From: a virus
Length of the DNA stretch: 64,000 nt
IMG/VR virus record: IMGVR_UViG_3300045988_159775
Direction: 5' to 3' (one strand)
The notes beneath the pieces were generated by a model that did no database searches, had not been told where the DNA came from, and saw only the letters and a list, made by a program, of their open reading frames with translations. A program made the position numbers and the translations under genes. How positions within the stretch are numbered: the first letter of the stretch is position 1; each line of letters opens with the position of its first letter. Of the stretch, positions 1-10,022 are shown piece by piece.

Positions 1-88
1 GGTATCTCTTACTTCAATAACAATCCCTGCCGCTGGTACGGCTCAAACTATTACTGTAACTTCTAATGATGCATGGTCAATTTCTTAA
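1..88 (+). CDS. 3' end of a gene truncated by the window edge; BACON-like Ig repeat fragment
   Basis: The frame starting at nt 2 is open to TAA at 86-88. The peptide ...TITVTSNDAWSIS resembles the first half of a BACON-type repeat. Confidence 0.3.
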   Translation, partial: VSLTSITIPAAGTAQTITVTSNDAWSIS

Positions 89-121
89 GCAAATTCCACT
101 AAAAGAATACGAAAACAAAGT

Positions 122-697
122 ATGTCTTGGTTCACTACAAGCGTAACAAGTGGTACTGGTAACTGCACGTTTACAGTCTTTACTTCTTATTATTTAGGTA
201 GATTGAAACGTGCGAGTTACTTTAACGTTACCAGTAAAGCGAATCCCAATAAAACGGTTAAAGTAACCGTTAATCAAAATCAATACCCCGAACTCTTGCT
301 TCAACCTTACTACGAGGGTGGAGATAGTTTAACCGTATCTTCTGGAGGTGGTTGGATTCAATTTGAAATCATCACTAATAAGAGGATAATTGGTCTTTAC
401 GCTCCAGACGGTTATTGGACCATGGAGCAAGTAGATGAATCAATGACTTTTCAAGACGTTAACGACCTCAATAAATATTATGTAGCCGTTGAGAATGAAT
501 TAAACTATGACGGCTTTTACGATATTGAGGGTGATCCCGGTGCAAGCGGCGGAGTACTTATAACAATCAATATGTACGTTTCCCATAATCCTACCTCAAC
601 CAGAAGATATTGGACATACTACTTAGATGCAGGTGACGAGCATTCTGATGATTCTTCTCTTATGCTTGATATTACTCAATTAGCTCAAGGAGAATAG
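122..697 (+). CDS. BACON-like domain protein, possibly surface- or carbohydrate-binding
   Basis: 191-aa ORF. The N-terminus SWFTTSVTSGTGNCTFTV...RASYFNVTS fits the W..s..sG.G...v....R.a pattern of BACON repeats. It is one of only two plus-strand genes. Confidence 0.45.
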   Translation: MSWFTTSVTSGTGNCTFTVFTSYYLGRLKRASYFNVTSKANPNKTVKVTVNQNQYPELLLQPYYEGGDSLTVSSGGGWIQFEIITNKRIIGLYAPDGYWTMEQVDESMTFQDVNDLNKYYVAVENELNYDGFYDIEGDPGASGGVLITINMYVSHNPTSTRRYWTYYLDAGDEHSDDSSLMLDITQLAQGE

Positions 698-809
698 ATT
701 ATAGAACTCAATCGCTAACTTTGATATTAGCCACTTGGTCTAATAGACACCCTTTCTTTTGAGTTCCATAATTTTTACAATTTGTTTTACAATAATAAAC
801 TTTGAGTGT

Positions 810-2648
810 TTATGTAATCTCCCAAGGATGAGTCGTTACTATCAAAAGTTTTTGACGGAAAGAATTTTCTCGCGTTAATTCCAAATGAGTCGGTACGGTC
901 TCTATCACTTCACGTCCGCCACCATCGGTGTACGTCCGCCCACCTGCTTTCGTGTCCGAAGTCTGTGTATTAATAAACGTAAAGATATTCGCCATATTGA
1001 ATGACAATAAATATTTATTGATTATATCCTCTACCTCATCCTGCGATAAAGAATTGTTGTTATTGCGTGCGTAAACGTAGAATATACGAGAACTCTGAAT
1101 GAAGCCTAAACTCATCGAATTTGACTTGGAATCACCCTTTAGCGGCAATATATTCGTACCTCTAACTAACGGTCGTATTTTATAATCCCAAATATCAATT
1201 TTTGACGTTGCATCTTCACCATTAGAACTTAAAAGGATTTTTGGCAAAATATACTTAACAAAGGAGTTATTGAAATACAAATTATTTCCCACTCCCAGAT
1301 TTGTCTTAACGTTATCTACATTAACCGTAGAATAAGCATGAATGATTCCTCTTGCATAATACCAAACACCCGGAACGCAATTCAATAAATTGAGATAAAA
1401 GAAGCGTTCAGAAATCTCGCTACCGTCCGGTGTTATAAACGAATCGGTGAATTTATTTTTAGAATATCCAAAACCCTCTACCCCGAATTCCAAAGTGGCT
1501 GGAAATTCTGCTTCTTGAATCCTAAAGGCAAATGTAATTTCATAATCCATACGAGAATCTACAACGTAGACTTTATCAGATACGTCCGTTGATTCATCAA
1601 TACGTCCCAATCCTGCTGTGCCGTTATTTATCGTAATACCAAGACACTTCCGATCTTCTACCGTTTCAATTTCCAAAGAAACGTTTCCTTTTTCGCTTGT
1701 AACGAAGTCCTCAAGCGTCTGAAAATCCTTGGTGTTTTCTCGTGTTTTGTTAAGCAGAACCGCACCGGACGTTCCGCGCCAAAGGGGTGACGATTCTCCT
1801 ATACACCATCCTATCTTGTTGAGAGGTATGAGCTCATACAAGAGCTCATCAAAATTTCTACTTCTAAGAAGCCGGACTAATTCACCGTCAATAGGAACAA
1901 CCGTACCATCCGGCAAAACTTCTCCCTTTCTTTTGAAGATCATAGCCGTACCGCGTTGACGGATTTGATCGTAGAAGTGTTGAGCTAAATATTGTAATTC
2001 TTCCAGTGTAGCCGTTTGCTCATTGAAATAAATCCCGTGTTGGCGTAAATATTCGTAAAGCAAATCATAATCATCGCGAAACGTTTCATAACGTTTAAAG
2101 AACCGTATGAACAAGCCAAAAAATCTCGCTACTGAACTCCAAAGATCAGCAAAATCACGATCTTCATCCAAACTGGAATTTTTGGCGCGCGTTATATACT
2201 GAGGTAGGATACCGCGATAGTATAGCTTTTTGAAAATATTAGTCTCCAATTGCTTCAATTCCGTAGAATTGGCAATGTCGGCGAAAATACTACTTTCAAG
2301 CGTTGGCGCTATGGTTTCATCCGGTATATGATTGCCCTCAAACTTTATATTCATGAAGTCGATCGTCCCAGTATCATCCGTACCGTTGCGATGATATCTG
2401 ACCTCTATGATGAGCGTTCCATCGGTTTTGTAGTATCCGGCGGTTGCTAAAGAAAGGTTTGTTAATTCCCGCCAATTCGTCCAAAACGTACCATCCACGC
2501 TGATACGATATTCGCGGTCTACGTACCGTGATGAAGTAATGTTTAAAAGTTCATCCTCAAAAGACATAAAACGGATTTTGCCCGTAATTTGGGAAACTAC
2601 GCGGACAATCAATATATCGCCAATTGCTTCAATCTTATTATTCTTCAT
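810..2648 (-). CDS. distal baseplate or tail-fiber-like structural protein
   Basis: 612-aa ORF. It is the last gene of the tail/baseplate operon and its start overlaps the stop of the upstream gene. Confidence 0.45.
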   Translation of the reverse strand: MKNNKIEAIGDILIVRVVSQITGKIRFMSFEDELLNITSSRYVDREYRISVDGTFWTNWRELTNLSLATAGYYKTDGTLIIEVRYHRNGTDDTGTIDFMNIKFEGNHIPDETIAPTLESSIFADIANSTELKQLETNIFKKLYYRGILPQYITRAKNSSLDEDRDFADLWSSVARFFGLFIRFFKRYETFRDDYDLLYEYLRQHGIYFNEQTATLEELQYLAQHFYDQIRQRGTAMIFKRKGEVLPDGTVVPIDGELVRLLRSRNFDELLYELIPLNKIGWCIGESSPLWRGTSGAVLLNKTRENTKDFQTLEDFVTSEKGNVSLEIETVEDRKCLGITINNGTAGLGRIDESTDVSDKVYVVDSRMDYEITFAFRIQEAEFPATLEFGVEGFGYSKNKFTDSFITPDGSEISERFFYLNLLNCVPGVWYYARGIIHAYSTVNVDNVKTNLGVGNNLYFNNSFVKYILPKILLSSNGEDATSKIDIWDYKIRPLVRGTNILPLKGDSKSNSMSLGFIQSSRIFYVYARNNNNSLSQDEVEDIINKYLLSFNMANIFTFINTQTSDTKAGGRTYTDGGGREVIETVPTHLELTRENSFRQKLLIVTTHPWEIT

Positions 2649-2958
2649 ACTCTAAATCTCCTTGCGTAGCATTTACGCTATATTTATTAACATCATCCGT
2701 TTCTAATGTTAAAGTCAATTCTCCGTTATTGTCTAATACTCCTACGTTTTCCTCGTCTGAAAGAAGTATGAGTTCACCCTCTACACCGGATGCAGTATCA
2801 ACGGTCAGAGGAGTCTCCAAAACCATAGAACGGTATATTGTCGGATTCTCCGTTCCATCGTCATTCATAGAAGCGAAACACTCAACCGTAGAATTTATGG
2901 TTCCTATTGGACCAACTGCTACTTCGGTAATCGTGCGTGTAGTTGCTTGTTTTATCAT
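2638..2958 (-). CDS. small baseplate-associated protein
   Basis: 106-aa ORF overlapping both neighbours, which suggests translational coupling within the baseplate block. Confidence 0.4.
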   Translation of the reverse strand: MIKQATTRTITEVAVGPIGTINSTVECFASMNDDGTENPTIYRSMVLETPLTVDTASGVEGELILLSDEENVGVLDNNGELTLTLETDDVNKYSVNATQGDLEYEE

Positions 2959-4151
2959 ATTGTCGTTAATACTGAAGATTGGAATGAATAGTCAATGTCG
3001 TTAGGATAGAAGAAGTCACTCAGAACACCCTCGTTATCCTCAATGATATTTCCGTCAAGATCGCGCATTACAAAACCGCGTATGCGTGGAAGTCTGTATT
3101 CCGGTACATTTATATCACTTCTCGGAGAAAAGTGCGTATCGGGCACGTATCGCACTCCATCTACATTTTTCGCAGCATACAGTAGATTTTCCCATTCAAC
3201 CTTATCCCCGTACTTCCAGAAACGGTAATCAAACATTTTACCCATCTGAATCTGAATCTCCCTACGAATTTTATCAAGATCGTATGATGGATCAAGATCA
3301 ATTCTAAATTCTATATCAACCGGCAACCAATTGACGTTATTCAATTTCAAAGAGAATCCCGTAGTGGTACTTAAAAGTTCTGATAAGGTTAGGAATTCTT
3401 CACTTTTAGATAGAATCTCATTAAATTCATCCTCCGTAAAGTCTTGACCGTTTACCGATACAACAATCAAATTAAATCTCCCATCCTCATCCATTCCTCC
3501 TTTATAAAGTTTCAAAACGTTAGGATTGATCTTCATAAAGACTTGTTCAAGATAGGACATTGTGTTTCTTGCTAACTGATTAACACTTTCTTTGATTCTT
3601 ATTCGGAATAGCTCATCGCTTTCTTCGTCTCTACCTCCCGTTGCGCGGTATTCATTCGTACAAGCAATATGTCCGTCCGGTATCGGAGAAATACGATTAA
3701 TGGACAATGGATCAACGTTCGTGGAAGCCCCCTCAGAATTGCTTTTTATCTTAGCATAAGCAAAGCCGTTTATATCCAAAATTACGTCTGATTCTAAAGA
3801 AAAACTAACACCGCTGGAACTGGTAAGCGTTGTTATATCAGCAAAATATGTCGTTCCCTCGTCACCAACCAAGCGAATATAAGTAGAACTACCTTGAGCG
3901 CCAAAACGCGGTGAAACTCCTCTAACGGCAGCAAGTTTATCAAGATATTTCCCATACGCTGTGTCAGGAAATATATGTCCCTCAACAATGGATTGATTCA
4001 CTAAACACTTCTGACCTACTTTAGCGCAACCGAACGCAAAGCCATTAAGAACGGATTCTTGAGAAATATCATTCACCTTATCCGTCTTATTAAGAAATAT
4101 TTCCAAGAATATTTGCTTGAGTTCCGATATAGGGATTATCTTAGTTATCAT
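2955..4151 (-). CDS. baseplate J-like protein (gpJ / T4 gp6 / Mu gp47 family)
   Basis: 398 aa. The N-terminal pattern ...AYGKYLDKLAAVRGVSPRFGAQGSSTYIRLVGDEGTTY is typical of Baseplate_J. The position in the baseplate block agrees. Confidence 0.6.
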   Translation of the reverse strand: MITKIIPISELKQIFLEIFLNKTDKVNDISQESVLNGFAFGCAKVGQKCLVNQSIVEGHIFPDTAYGKYLDKLAAVRGVSPRFGAQGSSTYIRLVGDEGTTYFADITTLTSSSGVSFSLESDVILDINGFAYAKIKSNSEGASTNVDPLSINRISPIPDGHIACTNEYRATGGRDEESDELFRIRIKESVNQLARNTMSYLEQVFMKINPNVLKLYKGGMDEDGRFNLIVVSVNGQDFTEDEFNEILSKSEEFLTLSELLSTTTGFSLKLNNVNWLPVDIEFRIDLDPSYDLDKIRREIQIQMGKMFDYRFWKYGDKVEWENLLYAAKNVDGVRYVPDTHFSPRSDINVPEYRLPRIRGFVMRDLDGNIIEDNEGVLSDFFYPNDIDYSFQSSVLTTI

Positions 4152-5068
4152 ACTACTATTTTTCTTTCTGTTTTATAATCATACTTAGTTTTGATCTCGC
4201 AATATATCTGCATAGTTCCCTCTCTGAAATCAAACTTAGTAACTTCTACGTACTGAAACAAATCATCTTGCAAGAAAGTTTCTTGTAGATTCTTAACCAA
4301 TTCAGCATAAGAGAAGTTCTTAGCATTAACTCCAATCATGAGAGATGAATTTTGTCCAAAAAGCATATTTTCCGGTACATCGCCCCGAATAAGAGACATG
4401 AGAATATCGCATTTTTGTTCTACGTTCTCTTGGTATTCTTTTACGTCTAAATCATTATCAACAAAGGTTATTTTACGGTTTATGTCCTTGCCGTAAATTC
4501 TTGTTCCAATAGGTTGATCAAGAATCGTATTTACCGTTATATCAACCGTATTATTGATAAATACATTAATAGGGGTAAGGGTATTTATTTCCCAATCAAT
4601 CTCATTGAGATCATTACCCAACATAAGGTCTACCCAGTTTGTATTATCTTGATTTAGATGCTTAACTGAATTGGCAACGTCCTCCATCGTCCGAAAACCT
4701 CCTACCGTAGTAGCGACTTGAATCACGGGTTGATATCCTCGTTTTGTTAAGGAAGTGCGGCGGAATTTTGGTAATTTGTTTATTTTATCAATCGTATCCT
4801 CTAACGTACTGACATAGTCCATGAGCTCCCAAAAACCGCATTTATCAAACTTATTAGCAAAGTTCTTAAATTGCGCCATGACGTTCCCTACTTCGTTGGT
4901 TAAGTATTTCAAATCAAGAAGATGAGAATTGTCAATAGTAGTCGTTTCCCCAGAAAAATAGCTATTTATTTCTGGATAAGAATTGAGCATGAAATCCCGG
5001 TATTTCGTTAAAAACTCTACCAATGGATATTTCGTTACTTCCTGAAATTCTATTACAATATCTTCCAT
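4148..5068 (-). CDS. baseplate protein
   Basis: 306-aa ORF with ATGA-type overlaps to its neighbours. Called from position only. Confidence 0.4.
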   Translation of the reverse strand: MEDIVIEFQEVTKYPLVEFLTKYRDFMLNSYPEINSYFSGETTTIDNSHLLDLKYLTNEVGNVMAQFKNFANKFDKCGFWELMDYVSTLEDTIDKINKLPKFRRTSLTKRGYQPVIQVATTVGGFRTMEDVANSVKHLNQDNTNWVDLMLGNDLNEIDWEINTLTPINVFINNTVDITVNTILDQPIGTRIYGKDINRKITFVDNDLDVKEYQENVEQKCDILMSLIRGDVPENMLFGQNSSLMIGVNAKNFSYAELVKNLQETFLQDDLFQYVEVTKFDFREGTMQIYCEIKTKYDYKTERKIVV

Positions 5069-5071
5069 CTC

Positions 5072-5824
5072 CTACAAATTTAATGATCTCGTCACACCGT
5101 TCAATATATTGCCCAAACTATCGGCTATTGACCCAGATGCAACTTGAGTTATGGTTTGGGAGGTTACTCCGTATTCCTTTCCGCGTTGTAAAACAGACTG
5201 AGGTGCTACGGCTCTCATTTCCAAAGAATAAAACCAAAGCATATTATTTTCTATACTCTGACTATATGAATCTTGAAGTATTTCAACAACGTAATTAGTA
5301 TTCAAGGAATAATTACTAAAAAGAAGAATGTGAGGTTGTTGCTCATCGTCCAACTGATATGCCATCTCAATCATTTTTTGCAACATCTTCGTCATACCGT
5401 ATCCCGTCTTGATTAGTATTTCTTGATCTGCTACACGAGCAAATTGACCATTAAAGAAAGGTACGCTTTTATCATCCTTTTCTTGCACTTCTTTCGAACC
5501 TATCAAAAATCTTAGCTTTCTTCCGAACGTTCCCTGTATACTAATATCACGCGGTACAAACGTACTATTAAAAAGAGTTGTTATACCACTTTGAGTTTTT
5601 GTAACGCTTGCTATTTGGGTACGGCTCTCCAAGTAATTATTGGGCATAGTTGTAAAGGACAAGAAGCCTTTTGTGTTTCCTGCACTATCAAGAAGCTCCA
5701 GAGAACAAAGATAATACTCAAAGTTATCTGGTGCCATAGCATGCAATCCGGCTAAACCGACAGAAGCTAAAAGTGATCTTGCGCTCTCCCTAACCGCATT
5801 GACCGTATTACCTAATATAGCCAT
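5072..5824 (-). CDS. baseplate/tail protein
   Basis: 250-aa ORF within the baseplate block. Confidence 0.4.
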   Translation of the reverse strand: MAILGNTVNAVRESARSLLASVGLAGLHAMAPDNFEYYLCSLELLDSAGNTKGFLSFTTMPNNYLESRTQIASVTKTQSGITTLFNSTFVPRDISIQGTFGRKLRFLIGSKEVQEKDDKSVPFFNGQFARVADQEILIKTGYGMTKMLQKMIEMAYQLDDEQQPHILLFSNYSLNTNYVVEILQDSYSQSIENNMLWFYSLEMRAVAPQSVLQRGKEYGVTSQTITQVASGSIADSLGNILNGVTRSLNL

Positions 5825-5858
5825 ATATTTTATACCTTATTTTATGACTTAATAATTG

Positions 5859-6119
5859 TTATGAGATGGTACCAATCCCCGGCGCAACAGTAGCTCCTGT
5901 ACCTGCCGGAAATGCAACTTGCACGGAAACTCCCGGTGGCGTTGTAACAGTAGCCGTCTTTATCCAAGCATCTACACCATCGGCTATCGCTTTAGCCAAA
6001 TTATCAGCAAATCTTTGTTTAACCTGATCTGAATCGGAATTCTCATCGATGGCTGCATCTAAAGCTGCCTTTATCTTAGTTTTTAACGTCTGTTCCAAGA
6101 CTTGTGTAGCTAATGGCAT
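5859..6119 (-). CDS. small tail-associated protein
   Basis: 86-aa ORF lying between the hub-like gene and the baseplate genes. Confidence 0.35.
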   Translation of the reverse strand: MPLATQVLEQTLKTKIKAALDAAIDENSDSDQVKQRFADNLAKAIADGVDAWIKTATVTTPPGVSVQVAFPAGTGATVAPGIGTIS

Positions 6120-6132
6120 ATATAGTTCTCCT

Positions 6133-7107
6133 TTATTCTAAATTAGATTTTTTACTTTTAATAGTCTCCAATTGGGATTGAATCTTAATGAAATCAGCAA
6201 TATTCACCGGAACGGAGGAAGTTCCAACGGGGGTTATAACGGTTAATTTCTGTATTGCCGTTAGTAGATCATTTAGAATACTTTTAAGCGTATCCCCTAA
6301 CACCATCGGTTCTTTGCCGCTATTGTGGTTTATTTTCTTGCTAATCAATTCTATCAATCCGTCCGTACACTTTATCTCATTTTCAAATTCGTCCTTGTAT
6401 TCAAAGCCTACGCCATTCTTATAAGATACAGCGGTTAATTCCTTATCTTCATCATCACGAATAGTCAACGCTACGTTCTTTTCCGTTATAATGGTGAATC
6501 CCTCTCCTAACGTATATTTTAATTGACCTTTCGTTTTGCCCTCTTCCTCTACGTTGAGTTCAAGCGTGTTATTGCTCAATACGCTTACTTTGTTAACCCC
6601 AACGAGATTTACTTCATTATCGGAAGTTAAATTAAATTTCGAATCTTGATTTTTGCTACTGAGCTTAACGTCTATTTCAGCTGGATTATTTTCGTCACCG
6701 ACTATATTGATTTGAAAATTAGCCCTTGGACCATCTACAAAAAGTTCCACGCTGGCGGTATCGCTATTCTTCGTAACCCTCCATTGTTTTTCTCCCAAAG
6801 CATAATAGTCTCCCTCTTTCCTCAACCATCCGGTTATAAGAGGCAAATGAGAGATACCGTCACGAACCCAAATTACTGGAGTGCCGCGATTCTCTTCAGT
6901 TGGAAAGATAAGATTTTCTAAAACATTTTGCGGGCATTTTACGTTATTGTAAAAACCATATCCCTCACCGCCGTTAATAGATACCGTTTGAGTACGGTAG
7001 CAATCCTCTATATATTTTTCACGGTCAACTTCATCAGGAACGACTAACCAGCCTACTCCGCCTGATCCTACACCCGTATCTACTTTTATAATTCCTATAC
7101 TTTCCAT
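6133..7107 (-). CDS. baseplate hub/spike-like protein
   Basis: 324 aa, beta-rich. It sits directly downstream of the M23 tail protein, where gpV/gp45-type spikes usually lie. Confidence 0.4.
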   Translation of the reverse strand: MESIGIIKVDTGVGSGGVGWLVVPDEVDREKYIEDCYRTQTVSINGGEGYGFYNNVKCPQNVLENLIFPTEENRGTPVIWVRDGISHLPLITGWLRKEGDYYALGEKQWRVTKNSDTASVELFVDGPRANFQINIVGDENNPAEIDVKLSSKNQDSKFNLTSDNEVNLVGVNKVSVLSNNTLELNVEEEGKTKGQLKYTLGEGFTIITEKNVALTIRDDEDKELTAVSYKNGVGFEYKDEFENEIKCTDGLIELISKKINHNSGKEPMVLGDTLKSILNDLLTAIQKLTVITPVGTSSVPVNIADFIKIQSQLETIKSKKSNLE

Positions 7108-7110
7108 ACC

Positions 7111-8700
7111 CTATCTTCTGTTTATAACTCCCCAAAATAACTGTTGTTTGGTCATAAAGAAACCGAATACCGCGGCATCTACTTTCCATTTAGCAAGTTC
7201 CTTTTTCCAGTTCTTTGAGGTTATCTTCGATATATCTAAGTTTCCAAAATCTATTACATTGAAATAACTCATTATTTTGCCGTCTACCTTGACGCCCTCT
7301 ATAAATTGAGGATAGATGCCACGAGAAACTTGAAGCGTTGTAGTTCGAACGACTTGGGTGCCGGCAACGGAATAATCATTCTGTACGGTATCAACGTAAA
7401 ATATCTCACCAGATGTATGCTGAATCAACGTACCGCGTTTAATTCTCCTATCACCCATTAAGGTTATTGTACCTCTACGAGTGAATGCATTGTAAGCATT
7501 GCTTTCAATTAGATATTTGAAATCTTTTACGGCATTTCTCAAAATCCTATTTCCGTTCTCTTCGTTCTTTTGTTTATCATTATTCCAACGACCAGAATCA
7601 ATGTAATTGAAATAATTAGATTCTACTGATAATGGGCGACTCCCCCAAACGGCTGCGAATTCTGGAAAGAATACCGCAGGAACAAATTGTTGAGTTTCCG
7701 GAACTCCCATGACATCACCGTATGGTATATAGCGATACCAAGAATATATTTCTTCATTATTCCAAGACAAATTGCTACTTATGATGTCATCTCCAGAAAG
7801 GATTATTCTTGCATTCTCAATAAGACGCATTAAGTTTTCTTTGTCAAATGGAGGTCTACGAACTATCCAATAATATTGACTTCCAAAAGTATCTCCTATT
7901 AACTCCACCATTGGGCGTTGGCAAATCTTATTAAAGAAATTCATAAGACTTCCCGTTTGAGTAGAAATACCGGAATCACAAATTTGTTTACCGTCTACTG
8001 AACCGTCTATCAAAAGTTTCGTAATTTGCCATATTCCCGGCGCAAGTCGCTCTTTAGCTTCCGTTGGTATGGTTTTCTTTTTCTGGCTTTTATACTCCGT
8101 TTGATCCGGTATGGTAATGTCTTTATCCGGCGAATAGGAATATTTAGCAATAGACCTTAAATCAGTATCATTAAAGTCTGTAAAATCGTCATATCCGGCA
8201 TAGAAATACTTTGAATGTTTTACGTCCCATAACCATTCTTTAGCTAAGAAAAGATATTTTGGATCAACTTGAACTCCACCATTTTTTCTTATCTCTAAGT
8301 GCAAGTGTGGTCCGGTTGAGTGTCCGGCTTTCGCGCCGTCTATTTTAACGTCTCCACCGCTTGTTGCTAAAACGTCTCCCTCTCTTACTTGAACGCCAAA
8401 GGATATACCCGGTTCTACGGAGTGAAGATGGGCAAAATATATATCGAAATATAGATCAACAGAAACTTGATAACGAAGAACTACGTACAATCCAAAACCT
8501 AAGGGTTGAATAGAATTTGCCGTTGAGACTATTACGCCATCATACGGGGCTTTCAAAACTGTTCCAGTAGGGATTCCTACGTCAACGCCATAATGTTTTC
8601 CAATCTTCCCGTTAAGATTACGCCAACCGAAATCAGAAGTAATATTCAACCTCTGTTGTCCGGCAATAAATCCTTTCATGAAAGTCTTTATCTTTGTCAT
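7111..8700 (-). CDS. tail-associated lysin with N-terminal M23 (LytM) peptidase domain
   Basis: Carries HYGVDVGIPTGT (HxxxD) and GPHLHLEIRKNG (HxH). 529 aa, downstream of the tape measure gene. Confidence 0.75.
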   Translation of the reverse strand: MTKIKTFMKGFIAGQQRLNITSDFGWRNLNGKIGKHYGVDVGIPTGTVLKAPYDGVIVSTANSIQPLGFGLYVVLRYQVSVDLYFDIYFAHLHSVEPGISFGVQVREGDVLATSGGDVKIDGAKAGHSTGPHLHLEIRKNGGVQVDPKYLFLAKEWLWDVKHSKYFYAGYDDFTDFNDTDLRSIAKYSYSPDKDITIPDQTEYKSQKKKTIPTEAKERLAPGIWQITKLLIDGSVDGKQICDSGISTQTGSLMNFFNKICQRPMVELIGDTFGSQYYWIVRRPPFDKENLMRLIENARIILSGDDIISSNLSWNNEEIYSWYRYIPYGDVMGVPETQQFVPAVFFPEFAAVWGSRPLSVESNYFNYIDSGRWNNDKQKNEENGNRILRNAVKDFKYLIESNAYNAFTRRGTITLMGDRRIKRGTLIQHTSGEIFYVDTVQNDYSVAGTQVVRTTTLQVSRGIYPQFIEGVKVDGKIMSYFNVIDFGNLDISKITSKNWKKELAKWKVDAAVFGFFMTKQQLFWGVINRR

Positions 8701-10022
8701 TTGTCAGTCTCCTTTTTAACAGGTTGTAATTGTAGATAAGTTGTCCTTTCATCTCCCCAAGAATCAAAAACATATCCCGGAACAACTTCAATGTTAGAGA
8801 GTTGAGAAATAACTCCCTTTAATATGAAACTCAAATCCATATTAGTTTTGTTAGCAAAAACGTTTATTTCTCCGCTTGGTAATCTAAGACGGTTTATAGG
8901 ATCATTATAGTAACCTCCTACTTTATCCGCGTCCCGAATATCACCTTGAGCGCCATAACTTTGTTCATTAGCAAAAACTTGACTTGGATCTGAACAAGTA
9001 GATGAGTTGAAAAAGAAACTTCCGTCATCCAAGAAAAGTTTCATTAAGTCTCTTCCTACAACCTCTACATATCCGTTTGAAGCCGGGCTATCAGCGATAA
9101 TTCGTACTTCGTCTACCAAACCTATCATATCATAAACCTGATTAGAAAGTATGGTTTTGATATCTATGGAATCTTTGTTTTTCTTTGATTCTTCTCTTTC
9201 TGTTTCCATTTCTAACTTTTCAAAAGAAATGAACAAAAGATCATTAGAACTAATTAACCAATTGAAATAATTAGATTCTAATATTCCAAAAGAATTTTTA
9301 GAATAGTACTCGTTATCATAGCGATAAGTATGTTGATTAGTTCTTCCCGAACCAACGGTTGCCTTTTCCCGATAACCTATTGTTTCATCCGTTTGGGAAT
9401 TCTTTATTCTGGTAAGGATACTATCAGCATTGATAAGAGGTAGACGTATTGAAAAACTTCCTCCGTTGACGTTTACCACAGTGGAAAGAGAAATTATGTA
9501 TTTTGAAATATCTACAAACTCGCTTATCTCTTTTTCCAATTGAGTTTTATTTCCTTTCTTGTCTACACCGAAATAGTACATAGACTTAAACCACCCAAAA
9601 ACTTGGACTTTAGGATTTAACTTTTCGGAAGCCGAAATTTGATAACCCTCATCTTGTAAAATACGGGAAATTTCCTCAGAAGCAAAGGCATAGAAATCTC
9701 GTTCTTCACGCTGCCAGTTGGTCTGACTAATAGCCAATTCATCTGTTACTCTTGTAGCTTGTATACGTAAATTACACGGACAAGGCAATAAAGAATCCAC
9801 CGTTAGATCATCCGCTGATTTTGGCCATTTCCCCTTATTAGCTTCTTGGTATTTCTTTTTATCAGCATCCGTATATTGACTCCAAATTAATTCTTTGTTT
9901 ATGTCAAAAAATTCTTCCGGCTTAATGCCATAGATATATTCCCTTTCCATAAAATCCTTTATTGTCTTTATGGACGGGTATCTGTGCAAAAGCAGAATGT
10001 ACTTATTGTTGTCTTTTTCCAT
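8697..10022 (-). CDS. tail protein (distal tail / DNA-circulation-like position)
   Basis: 441-aa ORF. Its start overlaps the tape measure stop. Confidence 0.4.
   Translation of the reverse strand: MEKDNNKYILLLHRYPSIKTIKDFMEREYIYGIKPEEFFDINKELIWSQYTDADKKKYQEANKGKWPKSADDLTVDSLLPCPCNLRIQATRVTDELAISQTNWQREERDFYAFASEEISRILQDEGYQISASEKLNPKVQVFGWFKSMYYFGVDKKGNKTQLEKEISEFVDISKYIISLSTVVNVNGGSFSIRLPLINADSILTRIKNSQTDETIGYREKATVGSGRTNQHTYRYDNEYYSKNSFGILESNYFNWLISSNDLLFISFEKLEMETEREESKKNKDSIDIKTILSNQVYDMIGLVDEVRIIADSPASNGYVEVVGRDLMKLFLDDGSFFFNSSTCSDPSQVFANEQSYGAQGDIRDADKVGGYYNDPINRLRLPSGEINVFANKTNMDLSFILKGVISQLSNIEVVPGYVFDSWGDERTTYLQLQPVKKETDK

Noticed and set aside
698-809. A hairpin terminator at the convergent junction (GAACTCAA ... 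TTGAGTTC).
   Set aside because: An 8-bp stem with a ~47-nt loop is too weak to call a terminator by eye.
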